Assembly: GCA_044892525.1 (NCBI GenBank)
Contig: CM097885.1
Coordinates: 28,894,001 to 28,958,000, forward strand
From: Schmidtea polychroa
Taxonomy: Eukaryota
DNA length: 64,000 nucleotides
Direction: 5' to 3'
Part shown: positions 23,297 to 36,169 of the stretch, piece after piece
Layout of the letters: each line of letters begins with the position of its first letter
Position numbering within the stretch: position 1 is the first letter of the stretch
Notes under the pieces: generated by a model
The model's input: only the letters and a program-made list of their open reading frames with translations
The model's database searches: none
What the model was told of the DNA's origin: nothing
Made by a program: the position numbers and the translations under genes

Positions 23297-25450
23297 ATGA
23301 ACGCTGATTTACACAAAATTTTGAATGCCATGTTGATGGGTGAAAATGGTAAATTATTTAGTTATTATTATTATTATTTTTATTTATTATTTTAGAGAAT
23401 TTATGGTACCAAGTGACTGAAGATGATTCAATTTTGAATGTTGATAGGATTTTCGGTAAATTTAAATATTTTAATTTTTATGAAATTATTATTTTATTTA
23501 GAACCTATTATAATTAGCGACGATGATGATGTCGTGTTTATTGGGCAAAATGATGCCCCGGATAATGATGCCTTATTTGTTAGGCAAAACAATGTTTTTA
23601 ATGAACAAAGTAAATTTATTTTATTTTAGTATATTATTTTTTAAAAATCATTTTAGTGTTTAATGTTGACATGGACGCTGAAATCGATGTTCCAATTAAT
23701 AATGATTCTATTGAGGAGATGAATAATGCACTGACTTCTATCGATGAGCTGAATTATGTGGATAATACAATCGAGGAGCTTGTTAATGTGGATAATGCCA
23801 TCACTTCTATTGAGGAGGTTGCTGATAATGAATCAGATTCCGACATGGAATCACGATGTTAGTATTTATTTATTTTTATATATTTATTTTTTTTTTTTAA
23901 AAACCTTGTAAATTTCTTAAATACTTTTTAAACATTTTCTTTAAAAACTTATTTATAAAAACTTATTATGAAAATGAAGAAAATATTATGTTGAAATTGA
24001 AAATGTTATGTTGACTAAATGATGAAAATATTATGATGAAGAAAATGATGAAAATATTATGATGAAGAAAATGATGAAAATATTATGATGAAGAAAATGA
24101 TGAAAATATTATGATGAAGAAAATGTTTAAAAAGTATTTAAGAAACAATAGTTTTAAAATATTCCTTGTAGTTTGCAATGAGCAACTACATTAGTTAAAA
24201 TAATAATAATAATAATAATAATATTAAAAATAGTAATAAAAATATATCTTGTAGTCTGCAGTGAGCATGCAGCTACATATCTCTTTTATTATGATTGCCC
24301 CAATAAATGTAGTCTGCAGTCAGCATGCAGCTACATATCTCTTTTATTATGATTGCCCCAATAAATGTAGTCTGCAGTCAGCATGCAGCTACATATCTCT
24401 TTTATTATGATTGCCCCAATAAATGTAGTCAGCTGTCAGCTGCATCAAATATTTATTACATAATAAATACCCTTTATTAAATGTAGTCTGCATGCAGCTG
24501 CATCAAACTATTTATTACGTAATAAATACAATCTTTAAATGTAGTCTGCATGCAGCTGCATCAAACTATTTATTACGTAATACATACCCTTTATTAAATG
24601 TGTCTAAATGCAGCTGCGTCAAACTAAATATTTATTACGTAATACATACAATCTTTAAATGTAATCTGCATGCAGCTGCATCAATAATGATAATAATGAT
24701 AATAATAATAATAATAATAATAATAAAATCACACATTTATAGTTTACAAGACTTTATTAATATAAATACAATTTCATGATTAATATTAATTGATAAATAT
24801 AATTAACAGGCAAATTATATCCACATTACTGCCAGGCTTCAACTGGTCACTCAAATTTATGTCACAAAGTGATGAAAAAATATTATGGTCGTAAATTTTA
24901 TGGCATCAAGTACTATATATGCCCAATATGCGAGACTTCCCATAGCATTAAATATTTAGAGTTTTACAGTATACATAAATCCCATTTAAATCAGTTCTCT
25001 TTAAATAAAAAGGATTTATTTAACAAACTACGAAATACTGCAAAACCTATAATTAAAACTAATGTAAATAATACAAAACCTGTAAATAATATTACAAAAC
25101 CTGTAAATAATAATACAAAACCTGTAAATAATATTACAAAACCTGTAAATAATATTACAAAACCTGTAAATAATAATACAAAACCTGTAAATAATATTAC
25201 AAAACCTGTAAATAATAATACAAAACCTGTAAATAATATTACAAAACCTGTAAATAATATTACAAAACCTGTAAATAATAATATAAAACATGTAAATAAT
25301 ATTACAAAACCTCTAATTAATAATGTTATTAATGTAAATAATAATTTAAAAAGACCTGCTGTTAGTATTGGGTCTGATGCTCCCTCTAAAATTAATAAAT
25401 TAGAACAAATAACTGTGGTTAATAATATTCAAGTAGGCGGTTCAGTATAA
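23297..25450 (+). CDS. Five-exon N-terminal part of the element A PolB gene: acidic domain, Cys/His domain, (NNxTKPV)n repeat
   Basis: Exons 23297-23348, 23396-23455, 23502-23609, 23657-23857 and 24810-25450. All introns are GT..AG phase 1 and give one open frame. The Cys domain aligns with the ORF at 43326 in element C. Confidence 0.75.
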
Positions 25451-25949
25451 GGAATGGGTTTTCTTAAGACCCAAGTGCTATAGTTTGTTAGGGGCTAAAG
25501 ATCATTTAAAGGCAAAAGGAGTTAGGTTAATAGGTACAGAAATTAGGCACGAATCATATTTAGAATGCTACAATAACGACGTAGTATTTTCTGTGCCACA
25601 AAGTAGGATAGGGACGCGGAACCACCAATTGTACACATTTAAAAACAATAAAATCGCGTTGACAAACAACGACGACAAGCGGTTTTGGGTGGGGAAAAAT
25701 TCCAGTCTCGCATTTGGTCATTATTTAGCACTAGATGATATAAATGATGATCAAATATTTGAAGAAGTTGGGCCACTATTCGGAGGATTAAGTCCAGATT
25801 TTGTTTCTGGTGATGAGGAAGTGGGTCCACTTTTCAATGGTTTAAGTCCAGATTTCGATTCTGGTGATGATCCTAATGATGAAATTGATATTGACGATGT
25901 ACAATTGAGTGACGAAATTGATATTGATGATGTACAATTGAGTGATTAA
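25443..25949 (+). pseudogene. C-terminal remnant of protein-primed PolB, fused out of frame after an internal deletion
   Basis: QYKEWVFLRPKCYSL..KAKGV..DDKR..LAFGHY, nearly identical at its start to element C PolB. Acidic repeated tail. Confidence 0.9.
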
Positions 25950-26319
25950 GCGATTTTAATATCTTTTTCCTGTGATAAATAAATATAACTTTGTAAAAAC
26001 ATTGATTTGTGTTGATTTTTATTAATGAAACGTTTTCGTATTTCTTTCTATGGATAAAAATCATTATATTGTGTAATATTATTAAACATTCCTTAAGTGT
26101 TTAAACATAGAAAGTATATTAAAATTTGTTTTATTATTGAAAACTAGTAATGTTGTCACTATGGAACAGGACTTTGTTTTGAGCCATTAAAAGAATTTAA
26201 ATTTTTATAAAGTTTTATTATTTTTATTTAATTTGATAATACTGTTCATATTTACTTTAGTTTACAGTGAGCATGTAACTAAATATCTTTGAAAAAATAA
26301 TAATAATAATAATATGAAC

Positions 26320-26430
26320 AGTACCCATGTGACTTGTTGAGTGTGAGTAGTACATTTGTGTGCAGTATCCATAGGGGGACAGAATATTTTGTCGGATAGA
26401 CTAGGAGTATATAATAATTATAAATATAAT

Positions 26431-26514
<84 letters not shown>

Positions 26515-26632
26515 TTACGACATATTGAGTGTGAGCAGTACCCTTGTGACTTGTTGAGTGTGAGTAGTACATTTGTGTGCAGTACCCTTAGGGGGACAGA
26601 ATATTTTGTCGGATAGACTCGGTGTATATATG

Positions 26633-26692
<60 letters not shown>

Positions 26693-27476
26693 TTAAAACT
26701 TAGAAAATAATAATATGTAATCAACGATTTAAACAAAATTATATTATTACGTATTCGATAATTAAAACAAAAATTATTAGTTCTAAAAATATTTGGCATC
26801 GTTCTAAAAATATTAGACATCGTTCTAAAAATATGACGTAATCGTTCTAAAAATATTAGGCATCGTTCTAAAAATATTAGGCATCGTTCTAAAAGTATGA
26901 CGTAATCATTCTAAAAATATTAGGCATCGTTCTAAAAATATTTGGCATCGTTCTAAAATTATGACGTAATCATTCTAAAAATATTAGGCATCATTCTAAA
27001 AATATTAGGCATCATTCTAAAAGTATGATGTAATCATTCTAAAAATAATAGACATCGTTCTAAAAATATTTGGCATCATTCTAAAATATTAGACATCATT
27101 CTAAAAATGTGATGAGTCATTGTCTTTGTTCTAAAAATGTGATGATTCATCGTATGATAAAAATCTATATCTCATTAGAAAGTTCTTGCACAGAGCTTTA
27201 AAATAAGCTATCGATCAATATAATATGTTGGCGGGAACAATAATTTTTGGGATGAAAAAAAGTAGGTCCCCGCTGGATCACTTAATTTAAAAAAAATTAC
27301 GTAATAGTTCTAAAAATATTAGGCATCGTTCTAAAAATATTAGGCATTGATTACGTAATAGTTCTAAAAATATTAGGCATCGTTCTAAAAAAAAATAAAA
27401 TTTTTTTTCCCGGGGGGGGGAGGGGGTATATGTGGCCGGGGGAGCTCCTGGCCGGGAGGGGACACATCATACTACT
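26320..27476. repeat. Right TIR of element A
   Basis: Inverted copy of the left TIR lacking one ~210-bp module. Inner boundary approximate. Confidence 0.9.
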
Positions 27477-27943
27477 AATTATCGCTGTAGTCTTCAAAGT
27501 ATTCTATATATAATTTTGTTTGGATGCTTTCTTTACGAAAATTAAATTCTCGCCATCTATGCTGTTGATGATTTGTCAATTGAATAAATTGATCATGAGT
27601 ATAAATCCCTTTTGTTTTGGTTTTTGACATACGACTAACGCATCAATGAATTTGGAATAGCTATCTTATAGGAAATTTAAATTTTTGGCTGTGTTTTTAG
27701 GTAAGTAAATCAATCGCATAATTTTGAAATTATAATCCAGCAGTTTTGTAGAGAATAAAATTCTATATAAAACTTCTTATTTTCAATTTTACATAATAAT
27801 TCTTTAAATGTTAAAAATTTGGTTGGGCAATTTCTTTGTTCCAGTGACCCCACTAAAAACCCATAAAAATTACATTGAGATACAACACATATTTTTAAAA
27901 TATCTTTGAGTTATTAATATAATGATTTTATTATTAAACGTAC

Positions 27944-28084
27944 CATAGCTCGTCTTGCTTTCAGTGCATCGCGTTCAGCCTTCTCATCTTGAAATTTTTC
28001 TTGAAGAGCTCTTAATCTGGCAATTTCATATTCTTTTTCTTTTTTTATTCGTTTTTGCTCATTTTCATATGCTTCTTCCTTATC
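27944..28084 (-). CDS. CFAP45: CFAP45 exon (DKEEAYENEQKRIKKEKEYEIARLRALQEKFQDEKAERDALKARRAM)
   Basis: AG/GT bounded, 141 nt. Matches CFAP45 EKEKEIARLRAMQEKAQD..EQDALRAKR. Confidence 0.9.
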
Positions 28085-28638
28085 CTTAATTACAAAGAAT
28101 ATTAAACAAATAAATTTGTATTTCAAATAATTCAATAATATTTATTAAAAATATTTAAATTAAGATTTGATAAAAAAAATATTTCAAACTTTTTTTAAAT
28201 TTTAGTCTGTGAAAAAAATTGTCTGTGTATGTGTGTGTTAGTTTATTTTTGGTGTTTGTGTGCATTTCCTATGTGTGCCATTTTCTGGAAATTCTTGATT
28301 GTTTTGGAGTTTTTTTACCGGTTTGCATCGCCTGGTTTCCATTTGTTATGGTAATAGCAATGGAAACTGAAAAATTTATGATAGTTATATTTTATGTTGA
28401 AAAACCTATATTTGTGATGTAAAAAATTTTATATTTTATGTAAAGGAATTTTTAATTAAATTAACTTAAAAATAAAAATGTGTTTAAATATTCCTTTACT
28501 TGTAATTTGATATTTTGTAAAAGCTAAAGTTTTGAATTTATGATTTTGGCTGAAAATAAAGCTTTTTGAAATTCTTTCAGTCTTCCAGTTAATTCGTTAT
28601 TTGGATATTATACTTTAATTAAATTTGAATTAAAAACA

Positions 28639-28885
28639 ATGGTTAAAATTGGTATCGTCAAGTTTGAAGTTCTGAAAAATCCAGACAAATTCTCTTCCAA
28701 ATTTAAATTTAAAATAACGTTCGAACGTCTTGAAAGCTTGGAATAAGATGTGGAATGGAAGTTAATTTATGTCAGCAGTGCATATAATGCAGATCTAGAT
28801 CAAGTCTTTGATACAGTATTAGTATCTCGTTGGTCGACATGATTTTGTTCTGGATCCAGCAAAATTCCCTGTTGATGATAGTGTC
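28639..28885 (+). pseudogene. ASF1: ASF1 histone chaperone pseudogene fragment (intronless)
   Basis: MVKIGIVKFEVLKNPDKFSSKFKFKITFERLESLE*DVEWKLIYVSSAYNADLDQVFDTVLV, then frameshifted VGRHDFV..DP.K.PVDD. Stop at 28744. Confidence 0.88.
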
Positions 28886-29109
28886 ATTCGACAAGTTATT
28901 TCGTCAGCTTGGAAGAATTAAAAGAAGACAGCCGAATTATTTTCAGTTCGTATATGAATTTCAGTCTCTCAAATTCTTCATTTTTCAGTCACTGAGACCG
29001 GTGGTTCAAATTTTACAACGTATTCAGACTCTAGTGACTACAAATGATACAATTCGGAAAATATTTAAACCAAAAGAATCTTATTTTTCTCTAAACCAAA
29101 ATAGCAAAT

Positions 29110-30430
29110 AAAGTTGGCACTATTCAAGATGAGACGTTGGCTGTACAATGGAAATATGTGCCGACCAAAGAGAATCCCGCAGATATGATATCAAGGGGAG
29201 TAACAGTGAAGGAATTACAAGAAAGAAGAGAATGGACGAGAGTATGGGCCGGGATTCCTAATGTTAAGGGAACAAGAATGGCTAAAAACTGATCTGAAAG
29301 GTATAACGGTAGAAAGAAAAGAGAAGATGAATGTTGTAATGATAATGAGTGAACGTATCTTAAAACCTCAAAATTTGAGATCACATGTGGATTGCTTTGC
29401 ACCTGAAACATTTTCAGATTGGATAGGATTGAGAAGGGTATATGCTTGGGTTCTCAGGTTTGCTGAGAATAGTAAGGTTCGCAGGGAAAGCCGGATGAAT
29501 AGTCAATTAAAGTTAGAGGAAATTGAAAATGTTGAAATTAAAATAATTAAGGAAGATCAAGAAAAATTCTTTAAGAATGAAATAAAACATTTTAAAAGAA
29601 AAGCAACCATAAATGAGAAAAGTAAGTTAGTAAGATTAAACCCAGTTATAAATGAATGTGGAATAATAAGATGCAACAGTCGACTGATTAATGCTGAATT
29701 TTTAACGTATAAAGCTAGATGCCCTATTATTTTATGTGATAAAAGCTGGGTTGCAGAATTAATTATAAAATACTATCACGAACAAAGAAACCACTATGCT
29801 GGTGTGAGTAATTTGTTGAGCTTAATATTAATCAAGAATTTTTGGTGTTGAGAATAAGGAAATTAATTAAAGAATGTGAGATATCTTTGAAATAGGAGAA
29901 AGGCAAAATGAATGCAACAAATAATGGCTCCGTTGCCTTCATTTAGATTCGAAGAACCATTACAGACGTTCGGTAGAATCGCAGTGTACTTCACAGGACC
30001 TTTTGGGACAATTCAAGGAAGAGGGAAGGCGAAACAGAAAAAATACGTTTGTCTGTTTACTTGCCTTCAGACCAGAGCTGTACATTGTGAAATGGCTTAC
30101 GCTTTGGATAAAGATGCATTCATTCGAGCCTTTCTACGCTTCATTGACAGAAGAGGGAAACCTTTAATGGTTCTATCGGATAATGGGACAAATTTTGTAG
30201 GAGCTACCGGAGAGGTTCAAGAATTTTTGGTAGATTCCTAAAAAATGGCTAAAGTGATGTTGGAAAATCAAGTTAGATGGATATAAGCGCCACATTTCAG
30301 AGGAGGTTTTGAGTCCTTAATGAAATCTGTGAAGAGCTAAGAAAATGGTTATTGGAGCAGCTGATATTTCTGACGAAGAATTAAAAACTATATTAATAAG
30401 AGTAGAAGGATTATTGAATTCTCGACCTAA
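29110..30430 (+). mobile_element. Decayed BEL/Pao LTR retrotransposon fragment (RNase H end and integrase)
   Basis: WKYVPTKENPADMISRG, RVYAWVLRF, QIMAPLP, FTGPF, LFTCLQTRAVH and SDNGTNFVGA, with stops and frameshifts. Confidence 0.92.
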
Positions 30431-31979
30431 TTATTACTGAAATTGAAATTCCTAAAAAACCTGAAAATTAATTAAAAATAATTTATAACACAAATATTGA
30501 CTAAAAGTAATTATTAAGAACTTTAATAATGATCTCATATCTATATGAATCAAAATTCAAGTCTCAAAATTTACTTAAATTAAACATCTTTCCTGAAAGC
30601 CATTTCAAAATTGGCTAAAATAAATTTCTAGAAAAATGAAATTTATTAAATTGGTTTACACACTAACCACCACTATAGAAAATGTATCTCATCGGTGTTT
30701 GGTGTATTGCGTGCTGTTTTATAATTTATGATCATTCGCATTTTTTTGTGAAACTATTGTTTGATTTCTGGATATTATAGTTCTAATCCATAGCTGTTAA
30801 TTACGTCAATTAAATGAAGATCTTTGTTGAAGAATTGAAATTTGATGAATTAATTTTATTAATTGAATGTACTAAATTAGCTAAACCACAATGAGGATTC
30901 TCGATTATAAGGAAACACTATTATGTTAAGAATAAATTGAAAATATAATATTTGTGCTGAGCAAACAGATTTCGTATTCCATATATATGAGCTAGAATCC
31001 CATAATGTAAGAAAAAGTATTGTATTATTTTTAGGTGCTCACCGACATTTGAATGGGAATATTATTGCCGTTTCGAATGGAAAAACTTTAACTCTGCAGT
31101 AAAGTAGCATTTATTAAATGTCCAGAAACAAATAAAATGAAATAATTTAAAATGTAATTTTCTTACATTGGAGCAAAGGACTGAATTAATTCAAACAAAC
31201 TTTTAGTAAAAAACGAATTAATTGTAACATTTAAAATATTATCCCTAAAACGTGTCTTCAAAATCTAAATATTTCAGAATCTATTGATGATTTTATTCCT
31301 AACCTGTACAAAATTTTGTTTAAATTTTCTATTTTAATTTCAATAATTTTTTGTAAACTAATCTTACAAATTTTAACAAATACTTTTTTATAATTATACA
31401 ATTTTTTTATCTAACCACTTGTGATGACAATTAAATAGCATAAGCACGTTGCGAGCCTGTCCAAAGCAACTGGCAGCGACTTGACATGTTATTTTAATTT
31501 ATACAATTAAATTAGATGCTATCCAATATATAACTTGTTGATAAAACGGATCAAAAGGATAACAAAGATTAAACGACATACTATGCGCGTCATATCGACA
31601 TTTGGTGCAGATAACAGTCGAATTTCATCACATATCCTTTCTACATAAGTGGTCAAAAACATTGTTTTGATATTTCATTTATTTTGACAAAAGATCAAAA
31701 ATTAATTTTATATGCAATACAAATTTTTTAATTTTGACATCAAGTGTAAACATTTATTAACTAAATGAAACTTATCTTAAATGAAAAACGTTGATGAGAA
31801 TTTGTTAAATGCTAGATATCGAAATTATGCACAATGTTTAAATAAATAATCAAAACAAGAAGGCAAAGTTTTAATAATTGAAAATCGCCAAATAAGTATG
31901 TTATAAACTTTATAATATAAAGTAATGTTATACAATATACTTAGTTGGCGATTTTCCAATATGTTGTCAAATTTTCATC

Positions 31980-33471
31980 AATATCAAATTCCGTCATAAA
32001 TAGATGTATTTCTTTTCGAAGTGTAAAAAATCTCTTAAGGCACTTTCCAGCACTTAACCAGTGAATATTACTATATTAAAGTAAATAGCCGTATTCTGCT
32101 TTCAGCCCTTCTAAAAAAGTTTTAAACTTTCTAAGCGATCGATTTCCTCCACGAATTAAATTTGTAATTTTGACAACCTTGTCCATTATGTCTTTTAGTT
32201 GCATCGAATTTCCACACAATGACTTCTGGTACACAATACAGTGAAACATTTGACAATTGACTCCTTTTTGTATGAGTCCTGCAAGCCCGATATTTTCGCC
32301 TGGCAGCTCTGGCGGCATCAGTTACAATATCAGTGAACTTATCGAATCCGCCATACTGGGCTACTACACATTTTACTTCCTTGTAAATATCTTCACCTTT
32401 TGTTGTTCCGTGTAATGATTGCAAATATAAGAGCTCTTCTGAACACTTATAATCTTCATTTAGAATTTTTATAAAAACAAGCATCAGAAATATCTGTGAT
32501 TTCATCCAAAGCTACAGAAAAATAGCTGCACTCGTTTACTTTATTTTTTAATTTATTGATTATATGTACACCGATCTCTTCTATACGTCAAGTTACAGTC
32601 TGATGTGCAAGTGAAACGGATTGAATTTTTTTGCATGATCTTCGTTTTCAAAATCTTTAACCATTTTTATAGCACGTTTTTATTAATTATCCATCCGAAA
32701 ATTTTTTTTTGTTTCTGCCATTTCGTTGCAAACTTCAAACGATGCTGCTATTGATGCTTCTTGGGATTTTGTTACATTGGTAAATAAATTAGTTTGATAA
32801 TTTCGCTGTTTTTTCAATATGTTTATTTGTGCTTTTCTCACATCTCCTGTGCATGAAGAATATTTTTTTCATGCATTGAAACGTAATGACGCTTTATGTT
32901 GTATTCTTTACACACGGCTACGGTTTGTAAACATTCTAAACACTGTGGTTTTCCTTTATTCATAATAAATAAATAGTCGAACTCCCAGCGATCTTGAAAC
33001 TCTCGATTTTCAGAATTGTGTTTTCTTTTGTTATTAGAAGTAATATTTATTGAATAATTTAATCGATCAATAAATGCTTAATTTTGTTAATTATTATGTG
33101 ATTGAACAACAGACACTTTATAAAATAGCAAGATAGACTTGACGAGCAGGTAATGATGGAGGTTTGACAACACACAGTGTTTTACTATTTGGTCGTAACA
33201 CCATTGAATCCGCACTATCACTAACGTTAATTTAAGAGACACTTGAACGGGTAGCTGATCGTATTTCTTAATTATAATTTGTAAAAATGTTATTTCTGTT
33301 TTCTTAGAACATTTAGTGTCTTCGATAATGTGAAGACGGTATTTTGACACCGAATTTGCTATATAAAAATTTAGATGAATTGCAGATATTTATTAAAAAC
33401 ATTATGTCAAAATTTGATTATTTTTGCGCGCCACAAAAATGACTTTGAGGGCCTCCAGTTGTGCAGAGCTG
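31980..33471 (-). mobile_element. Decayed hAT (Charlie/SPIN/GTF2IRD2-like) transposase with a probable 5' terminus CAGCTCTGCACAACTGG at 33471
   Basis: KRK..ENREFQDRW..YLF..KPQCLEC..KEYNIKRHY, LQSLHGTTKGEDIY and FHCIVYQKSLC, frameshifted. The 3' end was not located. Confidence 0.85.
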
Positions 33472-34177
33472 ATTTAAATAATATTTCTTGTTGACATAAA
33501 GTTTTTATTGAAAACGACATTGAAATTGATCATAGAAATATTTGTTCCAGCAGTTAATGTTCCCACTACAGCATCGGCACTTGATCTGGAGATTGTACTG
33601 GGATTGTTGATGAACTCGCATGTTGGCATGTAGACTCCAATATCGTACGATGTGAAAATATTGGAATCTTTATCTGGAATAACTTTGTTCATTAACTCCT
33701 TTTGGCAAACGAAGACGGATGGGTAACGTAACGCACTTTATCATGAGAATCACTAGAATCGCGAATTAGTATTCTAAGGAAAATTTCTTTGGTTGAATAG
33801 AAGGTGTTGGATGATAAAGCTCATCAACCGAGAAATCACAGATAGGTAAACAAAAGAATTAGCTTCTCGAATGTTTGGCACATTTTTTTACTGATTTTGA
33901 TGAGAATTAACGATTGGGATGTCGAATGATGCATGAATTGTTTTATAAAGTTTTTCGAATGAAAAGAATATTTTTAAACAATAATTTTAAATTAATTACT
34001 TTACTAATATATTTTAAATTTAATTATTAAGTTGATATTTTTATTAATGTGGAAGTCAGAGGCACTACATTCATATTCTTAAATTTATTTCCATTTGAAG
34101 TATAAGTATGATAAAATTAAATTAATAAAATTTTTATATATTTATTAATTTGAAATTTAGAGGCACTACATATATAC

Positions 34178-34273
<96 letters not shown>

Positions 34274-34282
34274 AAACTTTAC

Positions 34283-34567
34283 CGCTTTTTCTTGTTGAAT
34301 TTGTAAAACTCTTTTTGTAAGAGCTATATCTCGTTCAATGTCATAACGTCTTCGATCTTTAACTTCTGCATTTGCTTTGTCTAACTCTCTTCGAAGCTTT
34401 TCTTTAGCTGTTTCATTTTCGATTCGTTTTCTATGTTCTTCTTCCATCATTGTAATAAATAACTCTTGATATTGTTGATTTTCCCTGTCTTTCATTTCTA
34501 ATTCTAAAAGTTTCTCTTCTTCGTTTGCTTCAATTTGTTTAAGTATTTCATAAGCTCCAAGTTTTTC
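34283..34567 (-). CDS. CFAP45: CFAP45 exon ([27 protein letters not shown])
   Basis: AG/GT bounded, 285 nt, phase 0. Coiled-coil sequence in register with adjacent exons. Confidence 0.88.
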
Positions 34568-35827
34568 CTGTTAATGTTAAAACAAAGTTTTGGAACCAGA
34601 ATTATGGGTTTAATGGTATGGGAAATTTAGTAATCAAGATTCTATAATTGAAGCTCAAATTAGGTACACGACTATTTTTCTAGATTATTGTGAACTTTCT
34701 TATTCAATTAATCATTTTGTTTTAATGCTGCAAATATAATGGTAACGCCAAACAGCAAAAGAGGGAGAATAGCAATTATTTATAAAAGAAAACAATTATA
34801 AACAGCAGCATTCAAATATAAATAAAAATAAGCTTAAAGTTAGAACAAAATACAATCCGCCCTTGAAGGTATTTAGGTTGATGATAACAAGAAACAAAGA
34901 TAAAAAATGATCAAACTTCCTATTATTAATTTTTTAATATTTATTTTAAATTAATTTATTATTGAACTAACCAACGCAATTTGGCTTTAGACGTCAGTTA
35001 GCTTCTTCCGTGTCAGATGGGAAATAAATTCTCTGACAATTTTATATCGCTTGGGGTTTTGAATTTATAGTACTTAATAAGTGTGAAATGTCAACCTCTG
35101 TTTTGTAATATTCAATTAACTAAGAATTTAAAGAGCGATAAATGAGAACTGAAAAGTCATTTTTAGCAAAACACGAATTACGAAAGGAGGCAAAGTTGTT
35201 TTTGTTTTTAGAGCGCTTATAGTATAAAGATTATGAAATAAATCATAAATTCCATCGTCACTTAAATACTATGCAGAGGATCTGACTTATCAAACATTCC
35301 AGTGTTAAAGCCAATAACGGAACTCTACCTGACACAAACTTTAAACTTTTTTTCAAAAAATTAAGAATATTGTAAAATTTCAAGGTTTTAAAATGGTTCA
35401 AAGTATTTAATCTGAAAGTGGGTAAATTTTCTTCAGTGTCCTAACCGTTTATTACAGAGCGTGTGAGATTTACTCAAACAGAAACTTCAAACAATTAAAT
35501 AACCAACAGCAAATATTGGTGCTTGATTTTTATGATTATTCACGTAGGTCACATTGACGTCGTTCATACATTAATACAAGTTCACTAGTAAACTCATTAA
35601 TTTGTTCTCTTCGATTTCGAAATATAATTCTTTGCTCCTCTCGGTGCTGTTTGACAGATTTTACGACGGATAAAAATCTTTAATAAAGATATTTGTTTTA
35701 TGTCAGTTTTCTTGAACTCTCTCGTTATTTTATCTAAACTCTGAAAGCGAAGTAACTGTCCATTCTAATTTCAGCGAAAATTCAAAATTTTAACAAGCAT
35801 GAAATAAAAATTAACATAAAATTATAC

Positions 35828-36169
35828 TTCAGTAAATTTCTTTAAATCAATTTCCTCTTGAATCTTTATTTGATTTTGTCTTTCTATTTCCATCATTGTA
35901 TCAAGTCTCCTTTGCTCTTCCAACATTTCTTGTGCGATTTGACGTTTTTCTAATATTTGCGCATCACGAATAGCTTGAATTTCTGCGTTTTTAGCCAGAT
36001 TATTCATTGCCTTGATCTCCGGTTCTTGTTCTTCTCTTTGTTGCATTGCCTTTTCCAGGAGATATTGTGATTTTCTGTACGCTTCTTCTTCCAGGTCGGA
36101 AAGCTTTTCATTTCGATGGCGCTTTAAGTCCATATTTTGCATGAATGTACGCCTGTCCATTGAATCCAT
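35828..36169 (-). CDS. CFAP45: CFAP45 exon (MDSMDRR..KLSDLEEEA..AIRDAQILEK..KKFTE)
   Basis: AG/GT bounded, 342 nt. Contains the CFAP45 hallmarks KLSDLEE, AIRDAQILEK and RLD.MME.ERQ. Confidence 0.93.

Larger units (their letters stand above)
14803..27476 (+). mobile_element. Polinton/Maverick element A, 12.7 kb, non-autonomous (PolB core deleted, ATPase nonsense codon)
   Basis: Termini AGTAGTAG (14803) and TACTACT (27476). 6-bp TSD AATTAT at 14797-14802 and 27477-27482. TIRs ~1.1 kb. ATPase, integrase, penton, MCP and protease genes present. Confidence 0.97.

Noticed and set aside
33474..33900. Coding-like minus-strand fragment (YDIGVYMPTCEFINNP..)
   Set aside because: No recognisable family and not needed for the CFAP45 exon chain.
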